DNA from: a virus
Lineage: Duplodnaviria > Caudoviricetes
DNA: 58,510 nucleotides
Direction: 5' to 3' (one strand)
IMG/VR virus record: IMGVR_UViG_3300049479_000276
Span: 1 to 58,510 of that record
Positions 35,170-45,052 of this stretch are shown here, one piece after another. Numbering within the stretch: position 1 is the stretch's first letter; the number at the start of each line of letters is the position of its first letter. The notes beneath the pieces are model-generated. The model was given only the letters and a program-made list of their open reading frames with translations. It made no database searches and had not been told where the DNA came from. Made by a program: the position numbers and the translations under genes.

Positions 35170-36632
35170 CGACCAAACATTCCTAAAGCACCAAGCCGTT
35201 TTTTCCAGGTATTTATTGCATTACCTAAAACAGCTTGTGCTTGTGTTGCAAAGTTACCTTCACCAGCCACAGAGCCTCGCGGTACAATTACAGGTTTACC
35301 ATTTTTATATGCAATACCTTGATTTGTATACCGTCCTTGTGGATTAAGAACTGTATTGCTTCTTGTATCAACAAATTCCCCCCTGGGACCAAGGCGTTCG
35401 ATTGCTGCTGTAGGAGCACCACCTAAGTTTTCCGCGCTAATTGGATCAGTAACAGCCGTTACAACAGCTTCTTGAGGTGATGCGCCTAATGCATAATTAA
35501 TTCCAGCATCTAATAGCAATGCTTTAGATGCTGGTTTAACAGAGGAAACTGCAACTTGTGGGGCAGCACGCACAACTCTTACTGGAGCACCAAGTGATCC
35601 GCGTCCTGCTAATACATTACGACCAATTAAATAATTTCTTGTGCCAATAGCTTTTTGGAAAGGAGTAAAGTCTTCGGCTGGTTTTGTAGCAAGTGCGCTT
35701 GCTGGTGTTGGGTCAAGTTGATAAAATTCCGTATATGGTTGAAGAGGAAGTAACCGTTCTGAACCAGTAGTAAAACGTTGAACACCTTTTGATTCAAATC
35801 CATAGCCAGTGTTATATCCTTGATTGCTTAAAGGTCCCGCTAAACCTTCTGTTTGATAAAGATCTGCCCGCCAGTTAGGATTTCTTGCGTTTTTTTCTGG
35901 TACAGGTGTAAGCGTAGACACACCACCAAAAGGACCTTGCGTTTCAAAAATTTTATTTTTGAAATTTTCTAGTACTTCTTGTTTAAAGTTTGCAGGTTTA
36001 TCCGTAATGTAGCCGCGTTCTTGCCATGTTCTTGGTGTTTGAGGGTTACCACTATAATCTCCGATATAGTCAGATTGATTTTGTATTTTATCTAATTTTT
36101 CTTGTAGTCTTTCCGGTTGTTTTCCATAGTAAGGATCGTTTCTGATTTCATAGTTTGTTTCGTAATTAATACGATCTTGTATATTAGGTCCTGTTGCGAA
36201 ACTATAATCATTTCCTGCGTTTTTTGGAACCCTAAAATCAAGAAGAAATTGTCTTGCAGCAGGCGTTAAACTACCAGATCCAAAGTCTTTGGGTAAAACA
36301 CCAAAAGTCATTTGCCAAGGTTGTCCTGTGGCAGGGTTAATAACACCCGGCATGTTTGTTGTTTTATAGTCATATCCTATTGATTGATCAATACCACCAA
36401 CAGCAAAATTAGGACGATCAAGCAATGGCCTTAAAGAAGACGTTGTAAGTTTATTTGCAGCTTCGACAGCATCTAATAATTCTTTGTCATTTGCAGGAAT
36501 TCCTTTGCGCCCAACAACGTTCCCTTCACCGTAAAAATCAAGAATCTCTTGATCAGTTGTTGTCTTGCGAAGATAATTTGTTAAAAAGTTATCTAGTTTT
36601 TGTTGGAGATTTTTAACTGGTTCAGACATCAA
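35166..36632 (-). CDS. Hypothetical protein
   Basis: 488-aa AT-rich ORF with no recognised motif. Confidence 0.6.
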   Translation of the reverse strand: MMSEPVKNLQQKLDNFLTNYLRKTTTDQEILDFYGEGNVVGRKGIPANDKELLDAVEAANKLTTSSLRPLLDRPNFAVGGIDQSIGYDYKTTNMPGVINPATGQPWQMTFGVLPKDFGSGSLTPAARQFLLDFRVPKNAGNDYSFATGPNIQDRINYETNYEIRNDPYYGKQPERLQEKLDKIQNQSDYIGDYSGNPQTPRTWQERGYITDKPANFKQEVLENFKNKIFETQGPFGGVSTLTPVPEKNARNPNWRADLYQTEGLAGPLSNQGYNTGYGFESKGVQRFTTGSERLLPLQPYTEFYQLDPTPASALATKPAEDFTPFQKAIGTRNYLIGRNVLAGRGSLGAPVRVVRAAPQVAVSSVKPASKALLLDAGINYALGASPQEAVVTAVTDPISAENLGGAPTAAIERLGPRGEFVDTRSNTVLNPQGRYTNQGIAYKNGKPVIVPRGSVAGEGNFATQAQAVLGNAINTWKKRLGALGMFGR

Positions 36633-37192
36633 CCATTCCGCAACGTAGCTTTAATTTGCCAAGCAGCCTTGAAGGCTTGACCACAGAGTTCAGCCATGTA
36701 GTTCTGAATATCAATAGCACCCACCTTGGCAGCAATCGGCTCCAGCTTCTTGGTCTTCATGCCTAGTTCTTCAAGGTTTTTATAGTACACTGCAAGCATC
36801 TCTGTTCCTTTGTAGCTGGCACAATGATTAAACTGCATACCAGCTTCAGCTAAACCACGACTACAAGTAGGGAGCAAGTAGTCCATGCTGCGAATGAATT
36901 CACCTAACGTATCAAACTGTTCCAGATGAGCTTCGTATTGGTCTTTAAGGAATGCATGCACCCCGAGGAAGTTAGGCCCCTCGTAGTTCAGGTGAATGAG
37001 ATGGGATTGTGTTTGAAGTTCCTTGAGATAGGAGCAGAGGGAAATACACTGCTGGATGAAGGCCCCGACATCACCATTCTTTGATTTACCGGGAGCCTTG
37101 GGTTTTGCTTGAGGCTCTGGAGCCACCCCAGTATTGAGTGGTTCCACCCCCATCTGGGGTGGTTGTTGCGTTTGAGGACCAGGGGTATACAT
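36629..37192 (-). CDS. dps: Dps/ferritin-like protein
   Basis: SHLIHLNYEGPNFLGVHAFLKDQYE...DTLGEFIR...KAAWQI. Confidence 0.8.
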   Translation of the reverse strand: MYTPGPQTQQPPQMGVEPLNTGVAPEPQAKPKAPGKSKNGDVGAFIQQCISLCSYLKELQTQSHLIHLNYEGPNFLGVHAFLKDQYEAHLEQFDTLGEFIRSMDYLLPTCSRGLAEAGMQFNHCASYKGTEMLAVYYKNLEELGMKTKKLEPIAAKVGAIDIQNYMAELCGQAFKAAWQIKATLRNG

Positions 37193-37218
37193 AGCTTTTA
37201 ATCAATAGTTCTAGTTTA

Positions 37219-38538
37219 TCAGCGGCTAATTTCTTCCCAGTCCATGGAAGAAAGAACATCAGAACCAGCCTGGGCACTGCTACATACTAATGTCAATTCT
37301 GTGGCAGTACTGGTAAGACCATTGCGTTCTAACTGAAAAGAAAACAAAGCTTCTTTCAGAATGTCAACAACGGTTGAACCTTGGTTAGAACCAGTGGCAA
37401 AACCGCTTGCTAACACACGCCCTGTTCCCATGGCAAAGGACGTACCAGTGATGTTGTATTCCACCGAAGAAGTTGCTCCAGTAGTATCCCATGACCCACC
37501 TGTGGTTGTACCACCGGTAATTACTTTCCAGTTGTAATTCGCATTGTTAGTAATACCCATGATTGATAAGGCGGTCAAGATAACAATTGCATCAAGACGA
37601 GTTGATTTAAGACGGATAGAAATAACAGGGTACTCCGTGGAGATATCTGTTAGATCACGTGGTGATGCAATCGGAGTACCAATGGCAGACTGTGCTCCAC
37701 GCAGTTCGTACCCACCTTCCGATAGGACTGTCGAACAAACTTGCTTTAATGTACTGCTGCTTGCCGTAGTACCTACATTAGTAATTTCATAACGCAACGG
37801 CAAAGATGCCGTTGTTATATAAGTGGATGCAATTAGGTTGGCGTGATGGAATGAATGGCAGTGAATGAATGCACCATTGATTACAAACCCTGCACGTACG
37901 GTACCAAGGCCAAGCCATTCAATATCAAACCAAAGGATTTGAGCCTTGGTAAGATCAAGCGTAAAACCTGAGGGTCCATTACCATCTAGTTTGTCAATGT
38001 TCCAGTTGGTTTGCAGTACACGTGTCTCAGTAACACTTCCGGTTACAGAACTACGTTCAACAAGAGCAGGTCCCGTGGTACCACTAACCTCTAGATACAA
38101 ACCATTAGAAGCACCATAGTAACCAACACGTTGCCGCAGGTTAGCCTTTGGAGCATTCATTACAAAGGTTGACATAAACAACAAGGATTTACCTGGTTGA
38201 TATGAACAGACCTTGGTAGTTTCCCTGATGATTTCAGAACCAGATGTAGTGGTTACATTGAGATCAACAAGACCTTGGTTTGCGTTGAATGCAAACGTAC
38301 CACCAGCACCACTAGAGGTTGCCCATAAACCATTGTCGTTATAACGATGACTCGAATCAAATAGAGTCAGAGGTGCTGATACACGTGTCCTTCCAAAGGC
38401 ATCACCAGCCATTCCTGCAGGTTGAACATAAACAGTACTACCACTTGCAGTAGTTACCTCAAGGGGTTGACCACTGCAAGTCTGTACTTTTACAACTTCA
38501 TACAGAGTAGAAGCACCTGATTCTCTATAGACCGGCAT
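37219..38538 (-). CDS. Putative virion protein (lectin-like beta-sandwich)
   Basis: DAFGRTRVS.P.TLFD...YQPGKS...DIEWLGLGTVRAGF; common phage family. Confidence 0.65.
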   Translation of the reverse strand: MPVYRESGASTLYEVVKVQTCSGQPLEVTTASGSTVYVQPAGMAGDAFGRTRVSAPLTLFDSSHRYNDNGLWATSSGAGGTFAFNANQGLVDLNVTTTSGSEIIRETTKVCSYQPGKSLLFMSTFVMNAPKANLRQRVGYYGASNGLYLEVSGTTGPALVERSSVTGSVTETRVLQTNWNIDKLDGNGPSGFTLDLTKAQILWFDIEWLGLGTVRAGFVINGAFIHCHSFHHANLIASTYITTASLPLRYEITNVGTTASSSTLKQVCSTVLSEGGYELRGAQSAIGTPIASPRDLTDISTEYPVISIRLKSTRLDAIVILTALSIMGITNNANYNWKVITGGTTTGGSWDTTGATSSVEYNITGTSFAMGTGRVLASGFATGSNQGSTVVDILKEALFSFQLERNGLTSTATELTLVCSSAQAGSDVLSSMDWEEISR

Positions 38539-38800
38539 CAGACTTAGGCTTACGTCTCTTTATTATCGCAGCCCTCCATTCACCAGTTAGATGGCCATAG
38601 TCTCTTGGCTCAGTGACAGGTATGTTTTCTGCCCCACAAACACCACAAGTCCCCTGGTGATAAGTGGCATAGTAATGCGGAGGTCCGATGTAAGAACCTT
38701 TTTTGTACCAGGTGCCATAGTCTTGGCCACAAGTGTCACATACCCAAGTCGGGTAGTCGGGATCTTTAAGGCGCGACATTGTTGTAACGCAGCATGTCAA
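38525..38800 (-). CDS. Zn-finger hypothetical protein
   Basis: WVCDTCG...TYHQGTCGVCG...VTEPRDYG. Confidence 0.55.
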   Translation of the reverse strand: MTCCVTTMSRLKDPDYPTWVCDTCGQDYGTWYKKGSYIGPPHYYATYHQGTCGVCGAENIPVTEPRDYGHLTGEWRAAIIKRRKPKSDAGL

Positions 38801-39143
38801 CGAGTTGTTTAGCTTTGTTGTACTCTTTTTCTACGCAATCCATATTGTCCATGGCAGCGGCATAGAAAGCTTTGTAGAGTTCTTTGCCGGACAGCTCATT
38901 GGTAAATTCAGCAATAGTATCAGCAAAATACTCTTTTGCTTTTTGGAAAGACATGGCTGTACAGTAGTCAGTTAGTAGATTGTTGCTGCCTTCCAAGGTA
39001 GTTGTCGCATTGCTTGTGTCATGCAGTTGCTCCTTGGAATCTTTGGTAGCCATAGGCGCATCAATTTCAGCGATTACGCGGTGACTGCGATACCACTCTT
39101 GCCATTTTGATATGGCTTCAATAGGTTCTTGTGTACTGTCCAT
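38766..39143 (-). CDS. Hypothetical protein
   Basis: 125-aa ORF. Confidence 0.5.
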   Translation of the reverse strand: MDSTQEPIEAISKWQEWYRSHRVIAEIDAPMATKDSKEQLHDTSNATTTLEGSNNLLTDYCTAMSFQKAKEYFADTIAEFTNELSGKELYKAFYAAAMDNMDCVEKEYNKAKQLVDMLRYNNVAP

Positions 39144-39205
39144 AAGTAAAAGGGACGCACCACTATGGTGGCACGCCCTAACAACAAGTCAGTTCATTGT
39201 AAACC

Positions 39206-39484
39206 TTAAGAAACAGGTTCGAGCAGTCCTTCTTCATAAAGGCGGACGGCCTCTACCATTTCAAAGTACCGCTCACGCATGATAGGACCGGCCTCACGGA
39301 TGCAAAAGTTTTGCCACAGACCAGTATAAAGACCATTGGTGCGGCCTGAACACTTGTACATGTGCTCCATGAAGTCAGCTTTCTTTTGTTCAGCAGTTAC
39401 GTCCCAGCTACGTAGCTGCTCTTTAAGCCAGGGCGTATCGAATGCACCAGCAGTTCTAAGCCTGATAGCAAGGTCGTCAGTCAT
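39206..39484 (-). CDS. Hypothetical protein
   Basis: KADFMEHMYKCSGRTNGLYTGLWQ. Confidence 0.5.
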   Translation of the reverse strand: MTDDLAIRLRTAGAFDTPWLKEQLRSWDVTAEQKKADFMEHMYKCSGRTNGLYTGLWQNFCIREAGPIMRERYFEMVEAVRLYEEGLLEPVS

Positions 39485-39671
39485 TGAATTCGATGGAGGT
39501 ACAGGAGGTGCAGACACCGGTCACGTGACCGAGTTCAAATAATAGATCATCCAGGTCGTCTTGGATGGCCTCTGCAATTTCATCTGCAGTTTTGCCACCA
39601 AAGGAATTGTATTCCACCTCGAGATCAACCGCAAAAGATACGGTGAGCTTTGGTACGTAAACGGGTTCCAT
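39477..39671 (-). CDS. Hypothetical protein
   Basis: Acidic 64-aa ORF. Confidence 0.45.
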   Translation of the reverse strand: MEPVYVPKLTVSFAVDLEVEYNSFGGKTADEIAEAIQDDLDDLLFELGHVTGVCTSCTSIEFND

Positions 39672-39706
39672 TCCTTGCTGTAAGGGTGCAATTACTGTAG
39701 CAGTAA

Positions 39707-39970
39707 TTAGCTACCTAACAAACGCTCAAGAGAATGTGCCTGATGCTCTTGGTAATATCCAAGACGTTTTTGAATCAAGTTGTAATAATTGATTGCAGCA
39801 TCTACCATTTCTTCTGCATCCATAGATGATGCAAGATTTTCATTGGCAAGCATGGCTGCTGTCAAGATGACAACACCATGCTCCATCTTGGAACCAATAG
39901 TTGCTGATAAAGGAGTCCCATCTTGGGTGAACCCAGCAATTAATTTGTTTAAAACGGGATCACCGCCCAT
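39707..39970 (-). CDS. Hypothetical protein
   Basis: 87-aa ORF. Confidence 0.5.
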   Translation of the reverse strand: MGGDPVLNKLIAGFTQDGTPLSATIGSKMEHGVVILTAAMLANENLASSMDAEEMVDAAINYYNLIQKRLGYYQEHQAHSLERLLGS

Positions 39971-40004
39971 GAGACTCCTACTGCTTTACTTATTGTATTG
40001 CAGT

Positions 40005-40229
40005 TTATTTACCAGTTTTTTCCCGTTGCGTCCAATACCAATAGGCATTAGCTGCATTCTGGTGAAACCGTTTGCCGACTAGAAGCTTGAGTTTCTTTTG
40101 TTCAAGGTCCTCATACTCACTCATGTGATAGTCCAGTACCTTACCGTCTTCCATGAGCATTTCCATTTGCAAACCATTCATCTCCAGTTGGAGATCAAAG
40201 TCTTTAATGGCATGGTCATGACAGCTCAT
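40005..40229 (-). CDS. Hypothetical protein (start uncertain)
   Basis: Non-overlapping 3' part of ORF 40005..40664. Confidence 0.4.
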   Translation of the reverse strand: MSCHDHAIKDFDLQLEMNGLQMEMLMEDGKVLDYHMSEYEDLEQKKLKLLVGKRFHQNAANAYWYWTQREKTGK

Positions 40230-40251
40230 TTTGATACGAGCGTCTTCACCA

Positions 40252-40965
40252 TCAGTCGGCGCTGGAATCTTCTGGTAAAAACTCTCCTGGATACTCGGAT
40301 GATACCAAGTCCAGTTTTGGTTCTGAGAAGATTCGCTTGGAACGGACGGAGTATTCCTGGAGGACTTTGACTCCGCTTGGGAGTTGTTGACCTTCTTGAT
40401 AGGCGCTGCGTATGGCATCGAGGTTAGGGAGGACTTTAGTGGTTGTTTTGGGTTCAATCCTTTCGTCAAGGATATCTCCTGACATTGAACGTAACACAAC
40501 TCGTTTGGTTGTGGTGACTTCTTCTGTAACGCAATAAAGTTCTCTTTCTTTAGAGTGCCAAAACTCCGGGTCCGTGGAGACTTCGACGGTGAGTTCTTTC
40601 TTTTTAACAAGGGTGAACTGGTAATTGCGGCCGGTGATTTTGTTCGTGTCTTGTGGAAGGACACGACGCAAATAATTTAGCAAACCTTTGAGCGACCGCA
40701 GTTGGGATTCGTGGTGACGCTTGGCCTGCGTAATGAGATCACCTTCTTTCTTGATGCGTTCAAGGGCGTCTTCATGCGCCGCCATGGCGTAATAGATACG
40801 ATCAATTTTTTCTGACCGTAAGTCGGCGCAAGATTCAAGCTCTGCTTTAGCCAGTTCTTGGGACTCAGGAGTGAGAAGAGGCAGAGACTTTTCGAGAGCA
40901 GCATAATGCTCGTAGAGTTTGATAACAGATAAGTCTTTGAGTTTAGCCTGGGTAATTTGGGACAT
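40252..40965 (-). CDS. Siphovirus Gp157-like protein
   Basis: EKIDRIY...coiled coil...LKGLLNYL...PNLDAIRSAY...LPSGVK. Confidence 0.65.
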   Translation of the reverse strand: MSQITQAKLKDLSVIKLYEHYAALEKSLPLLTPESQELAKAELESCADLRSEKIDRIYYAMAAHEDALERIKKEGDLITQAKRHHESQLRSLKGLLNYLRRVLPQDTNKITGRNYQFTLVKKKELTVEVSTDPEFWHSKERELYCVTEEVTTTKRVVLRSMSGDILDERIEPKTTTKVLPNLDAIRSAYQEGQQLPSGVKVLQEYSVRSKRIFSEPKLDLVSSEYPGEFLPEDSSAD

Positions 40966-40968
40966 GAC

Positions 40969-41082
40969 TCAGTTGAATTGAGATTGGAATTTGTTGAGTG
41001 CATAGGTCAGCAGCGCTCCGGCCGCTGCCCACAAAATGTCTTTTAACACCGGCAGTACGGCGGCAAACAAAGATTCAAACAT
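40969..41082 (-). CDS. Small TM protein (37 aa, not in ORF track)
   Basis: MFESLFAAVLPVLKDILWAAAGALLTYALNKFQSQFN. Confidence 0.5.
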   Translation of the reverse strand: MFESLFAAVLPVLKDILWAAAGALLTYALNKFQSQFN

Positions 41083-41103
41083 GACTGAGCTGAGTTGGTG
41101 TGG

Positions 41104-41130
41104 GGTCAGTTTTACGTCATGACCAGGACG
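41104..41130 (-). ncRNA. Leader pseudoknot family 1, copy 1
   Basis: cgtc-ct-ggtca-t-gacg-taaaac-tgacc. Confidence 0.75.
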
Positions 41131-41155
41131 GCGACCCTGCAGGGTTTGTGCCCGC

Positions 41156-41593
41156 TCAGTCTACCTTGTCATCGAGGGTAGTGGCAATCCCCTCGAGGCC
41201 TGCCGTGGTAACCGTAACCAGATTACTGACATAGTCGGTCAGCGCTTGGAGCTTGGCATCAAGAGCTTCGGTGTATTTCATCAAGGTTTCAACAGCCTCG
41301 ATGATTTCTTGGTGAGAAGGAACAATGCCATAGACATCATTCTCTTTCAAGACTTCAGGGTTGTTGTTCTTTTGATACCGCCGACAATCATCGTTAGCGG
41401 CATACATAGCTTCTTGATACAGATCCAAGACAGTCTTGAAGTCTGCATTACCGACCCCTTCGCTGCTCATGATGTTACAAGTATCAAGATAAAGCTTGGC
41501 AGCAAGCCGAAGATTCTTCTGAAAGAATTCGGTGTACTGTTCAGTACTGAGACCGTAGGTGTCAATTGCCATGATCGGATAAAACAGATTCAC
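41156..41593 (-). CDS. Hypothetical protein
   Basis: 145-aa ORF. Confidence 0.55.
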   Translation of the reverse strand: MNLFYPIMAIDTYGLSTEQYTEFFQKNLRLAAKLYLDTCNIMSSEGVGNADFKTVLDLYQEAMYAANDDCRRYQKNNNPEVLKENDVYGIVPSHQEIIEAVETLMKYTEALDAKLQALTDYVSNLVTVTTAGLEGIATTLDDKVD

Positions 41594-41987
41594 AAGCTGA
41601 GCGTAGCGCAGTCAAGATAAAGTTTTCTTGACCTTTCTGACCAAGGTTGGTCCAGTATTGAAGATCAGGATCTTTTTCATCCCATTCAATGTGAATGGTC
41701 ATAGTTCCATTTTCTTCTTCAATACATTCCAAATTCAATTTGGATATCCAACTTGGATCATTGAATGCCTTGGCTGTAATGCGTCTGCTGATTGCATCTT
41801 CTGCATGCATCTTAAGAACTTCTTCTGCATAGACTTCGTAGTCCATCTTAAGTTCAGCGCCAAGCTTGACTAATTCCCAATGTAAATCATTGGGAATATC
41901 AAGATGATAACTGTAATGTTCGGGAGGTTTCATGGGTTGATTTGCAACAAGTTGACGTGCGTACTCAAGAATGTCATCGGTCATCAA
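41562..41987 (-). CDS. Hypothetical protein
   Basis: 141-aa ORF. Confidence 0.5.
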   Translation of the reverse strand: MMTDDILEYARQLVANQPMKPPEHYSYHLDIPNDLHWELVKLGAELKMDYEVYAEEVLKMHAEDAISRRITAKAFNDPSWISKLNLECIEEENGTMTIHIEWDEKDPDLQYWTNLGQKGQENFILTALRSACESVLSDHGN

Positions 41988-42156
41988 GCTGCTCCTCTAC
42001 AAGCGGCAGTGATGGGCCAAGGGTTTCAAGCCAACACAACATGCACCAATTGCCTTCGTGGCCTTCGATGTCGCTGCTGATGTAGTGCTTGTGCGTGCCG
42101 TGCTTGGGGCAGACGACCTGCTTTTGAGAAATCTTGAGATTTAGAAAGTCAGTCAT
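41974..42156 (-). CDS. Small Zn-ribbon protein
   Basis: VCPKHG...WCMLCW. Confidence 0.5.
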   Translation of the reverse strand: MTDFLNLKISQKQVVCPKHGTHKHYISSDIEGHEGNWCMLCWLETLGPSLPLVEEQLDDR

Positions 42157-42520
42157 TGAGCTGCTCAAGTGCGCGATGGATGATGTCGATGTCTTCAGGC
42201 TCAAGCTCCATGTGTCCGTCCAATGTAAAGCCGGCTTTGAGAAGCACTTGCATAGCCTGCTCTTTTAAGCTCGGCGGTTTGGGACGGCGGGCGGCGCGGA
42301 GTTTGTAGGTGTCCACATTCAGATCAGGATCCTGTAACCACTCACAGCACGCCTCCAGCTCCTGGTCGGCGCCCCAGCGGGCGCCTTGGGTAGCAATGTC
42401 CTGTAGCTTGGTAGTAGTGACAGTGACTATTACACACGGAGATAGCGCGGAAAACTCGGGCGCTTCTCGCCACTCTTGCACTAGCTCCGGCGGTGGGGTG
42501 ATGAGATGTTGTTGTGTCAT
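42149..42520 (-). CDS. Hypothetical cyanophage protein
   Basis: ITPPPELVQEW...WGADQELEACCEWL...RRPKPPSLKEQA. Confidence 0.6.
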   Translation of the reverse strand: MTQQHLITPPPELVQEWREAPEFSALSPCVIVTVTTTKLQDIATQGARWGADQELEACCEWLQDPDLNVDTYKLRAARRPKPPSLKEQAMQVLLKAGFTLDGHMELEPEDIDIIHRALEQLND

Positions 42521-43461
42521 TTTTTGATTGCAGCTTTAAGCTGAGGCAAAGCAATGCCAGGGAACGGAACATAGGACGCATCCATCATATTGAAGAACAA
42601 GTCCCATGCATGGTGCTGCGTGAACACTTCGTTAGGTTTGTAGTTCCGCCAATGACTTAGCGGAGCTTGTGCTCCTTGATTGGTATACAACAAAACAAAG
42701 CGTCCATCGCTAATTGCATCCTTGGGTGGTGCATAGAACCATGCCACACACTTCTCAGGTGTGCCACTGGGGCTGGCGTTACGTGCATCTGTGCGCTTGC
42801 AGAGGAGTTCACGATACTTGTTGAACCAGCTCAGGTGGATGCACCATGGTCTAAATCCCTCGATTTCTTCTTGGAAAAAAGATAGGTTACTGAGCTGACG
42901 TTGAAACGACCCACATGAGCACGTAGGCTTGCCAAACATTGCGTCTTGTTTGGCGCCACTGTCCAGCTCAGAGTCCATATCAATCGGCCGATCCGCAAGC
43001 CGCATCCCGTCCGGCGCAACCAAATAGCCAATGTCCGTTTGGTCAGATTGAAGGATGGCGGTGAGCTTACCGGAGTCTGATACGTGTATAAATTTGTCTG
43101 CCCAGTGAGCTTGTAGTTTTGCATTGGAAGTCAGGTGTCCGAGTGCGTGTGTGTAGTTCCAGCCCTTAAACATAATGTAAGCATTGTTGTGCCATACACT
43201 AGGGCCACGATAATTAGGACCAAGGTAAGAAAAGAAATCTTTGAGACGGTTGGTGTAGTTAGTAAAGGCTAGCTTAATCAGCTCCCGTGGGTAAGTCTGC
43301 TCAGTACCATCACGACGCACCACGAGACAATTGTCATCTCGCAGATAAATGCCAGCAATTTCGGTGTCATCAAAATCCTGGAACGCACGACCGATGTTAG
43401 TCCGTGTGTAGATCAGAGACTGAGCAGCATTAAGTTCTTGTTGTTGAAGTTGAGTTGTCAT
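42517..43461 (-). CDS. SWIM zinc-finger protein
   Basis: PTCSCGSF...RPWCIHL. Confidence 0.65.
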   Translation of the reverse strand: MTTQLQQQELNAAQSLIYTRTNIGRAFQDFDDTEIAGIYLRDDNCLVVRRDGTEQTYPRELIKLAFTNYTNRLKDFFSYLGPNYRGPSVWHNNAYIMFKGWNYTHALGHLTSNAKLQAHWADKFIHVSDSGKLTAILQSDQTDIGYLVAPDGMRLADRPIDMDSELDSGAKQDAMFGKPTCSCGSFQRQLSNLSFFQEEIEGFRPWCIHLSWFNKYRELLCKRTDARNASPSGTPEKCVAWFYAPPKDAISDGRFVLLYTNQGAQAPLSHWRNYKPNEVFTQHHAWDLFFNMMDASYVPFPGIALPQLKAAIKK

Positions 43462-43479
43462 GATTGGAATGGTGCGATG

Positions 43480-43683
43480 TTAGATGCAGTGATCCTGATC
43501 AGTTGATCGGTACCGCTTGGCTTGCCGCTCGATCTCTCGATCCCTGGCCTGCTTGCCCATCTTATACGATCCCCAGAGCACTGCACCCCAGGCAGCGGGG
43601 TTTGGTATGCAAAACGCAATAGTGCCAACGACAAGAGCAGTGGCAGCACCGACTTTAAGCGCAGCTTTGTCTTCAGGTTTCAT
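43480..43683 (-). CDS. Small membrane protein
   Basis: Hydrophobic VGAATALVVGTIAFCI. Confidence 0.45.
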   Translation of the reverse strand: MKPEDKAALKVGAATALVVGTIAFCIPNPAAWGAVLWGSYKMGKQARDREIERQAKRYRSTDQDHCI

Positions 43684-43762
43684 TTTGTAATCCTTAACAC
43701 ATTCAGTGGAATCAAGTCAAGTTTAAATGGAGACGTAGAATAAATTCAGTCAATTAAATAAC

Positions 43763-43981
43763 ATGTTGAAATTTGAAATGTCGCCAGAGGATATGTTCTG
43801 GCAAGAAAAGATGATACGTAGCATCAATGACTGCAGTTCTATGAGTGAGCTAAAGGAAATGGCAACCTTGTTAACCAAGATTGCCACGCAACGTCAAATT
43901 GCAATCAAAGGATTAGTAGCTGATGCTATGGAGCTTATGCAAGAGAATTACTCACACAAGCTCCCAGCTATCAAAGACTAA
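43763..43981 (+). CDS. Second NblA-like helical protein
   Basis: EMSPEDMFWQEKMIRSINDCSSMSELKEMATLLTK...RQ; own TAGAAT box; opposite strand to neighbours. Confidence 0.5.
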   Translation: MLKFEMSPEDMFWQEKMIRSINDCSSMSELKEMATLLTKIATQRQIAIKGLVADAMELMQENYSHKLPAIKD

Positions 43982-44998
43982 TCAGAGGCTGTCATCCTCA
44001 CCAGTCAGGGGATCACGGGCAGGCAATGCCTTCACATCAACTGTGTCCATGGTCCGAGAGACAGGAAGGATCTCAACTCCTTCTTTGATTCCGTATGCAC
44101 CGCCAAGCTTTTGTGCATCTTGACGTGCATGTTGATTGATGTAATCACTGAACATGTCCTGGTACTTCCAGGTTGATTCACGATCCTCATCAGGGATGCT
44201 GAGGCGATTAAGCGAAGTAATCGCTTCATCTTGAGAACTGTAATCAGGAATCTCAAACGATTCGATTGCACAGATCTCTACGTTGTTGGCGCCACGCATT
44301 TCGTTGGCAAGCACGGGTACAAACACCGTAGTAGCATAAAACTTCTCGTTAAATGCCAAGGGTACTTCGGAGTCCAGTGCTTTGCTCAGGCACTTAGACA
44401 TTTCTTTTTCGTACAGCTTGACTTTGTCGCTGACGTCAGTGCCGTTAAGACCCTTGAGTGTAAGCACCATGGGGATCTTGTGAGCACGCTTGTTGTCTTC
44501 GGTCAAGACATAGACAAGATACTTGGTGCGTACGCTGTACTTACGCTTGTACATCTCGCCTTTACTGTTGGCAAGATCAGCGGCCAGCTTGTCGTTATCA
44601 AAAGCGGCCTTGACATCTGGATCCTCAAAGGTTCCAATCGTCTGCCTCATCCCTGTGGTTTCCTCAACCATGAGGGGAGAACGTAAAAGGATTTGCAAGC
44701 GAGGCTCAGTGAAATTGAGTCCTTCTTCAATTGAAGTGTTGGGAGCCATACCAAAAGTTTGCTTGTAGTTCCAGATAACTGAACCCTTAGCAAATTGATC
44801 TTCAGTGGCGTTCCATCCACAAGTGTCAAGGTCTGACTTCCGCACGAACCAACCTCGGATCTTGGACTTGTTGAGAGGTTGAATTGTGACGAGATTCTGG
44901 TATCCGGACACAAACTTTTTATCTTGAAAAAGTTTGAAAGAATCCAGCCCACGTGTTGCAAGTGCAGAGGTTTTCTTAGTAGCCATTGAGGCAGTCAT
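43982..44998 (-). CDS. Cyanobacterial/phage protein (DUF5895-like)
   Basis: PRLQILLRSPL...RTKYLVYVL.EDNKRAHKIPMVLTLKG; adjacent to ssb. Confidence 0.55.
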   Translation of the reverse strand: MTASMATKKTSALATRGLDSFKLFQDKKFVSGYQNLVTIQPLNKSKIRGWFVRKSDLDTCGWNATEDQFAKGSVIWNYKQTFGMAPNTSIEEGLNFTEPRLQILLRSPLMVEETTGMRQTIGTFEDPDVKAAFDNDKLAADLANSKGEMYKRKYSVRTKYLVYVLTEDNKRAHKIPMVLTLKGLNGTDVSDKVKLYEKEMSKCLSKALDSEVPLAFNEKFYATTVFVPVLANEMRGANNVEICAIESFEIPDYSSQDEAITSLNRLSIPDEDRESTWKYQDMFSDYINQHARQDAQKLGGAYGIKEGVEILPVSRTMDTVDVKALPARDPLTGEDDSL

Positions 44999-45019
44999 GG
45001 TTGTTTCGTAGTCAAGGAC

Positions 45020-45047
45020 AGGCAGTTTAACGTCGTACCAGAGGACG
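45020..45047 (-). ncRNA. Leader pseudoknot family 1, copy 2
   Basis: cgtc-ctct-ggta-c-gacg-ttaaac-tgcct. Confidence 0.7.
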
Positions 45048-45052
45048 GGAAG

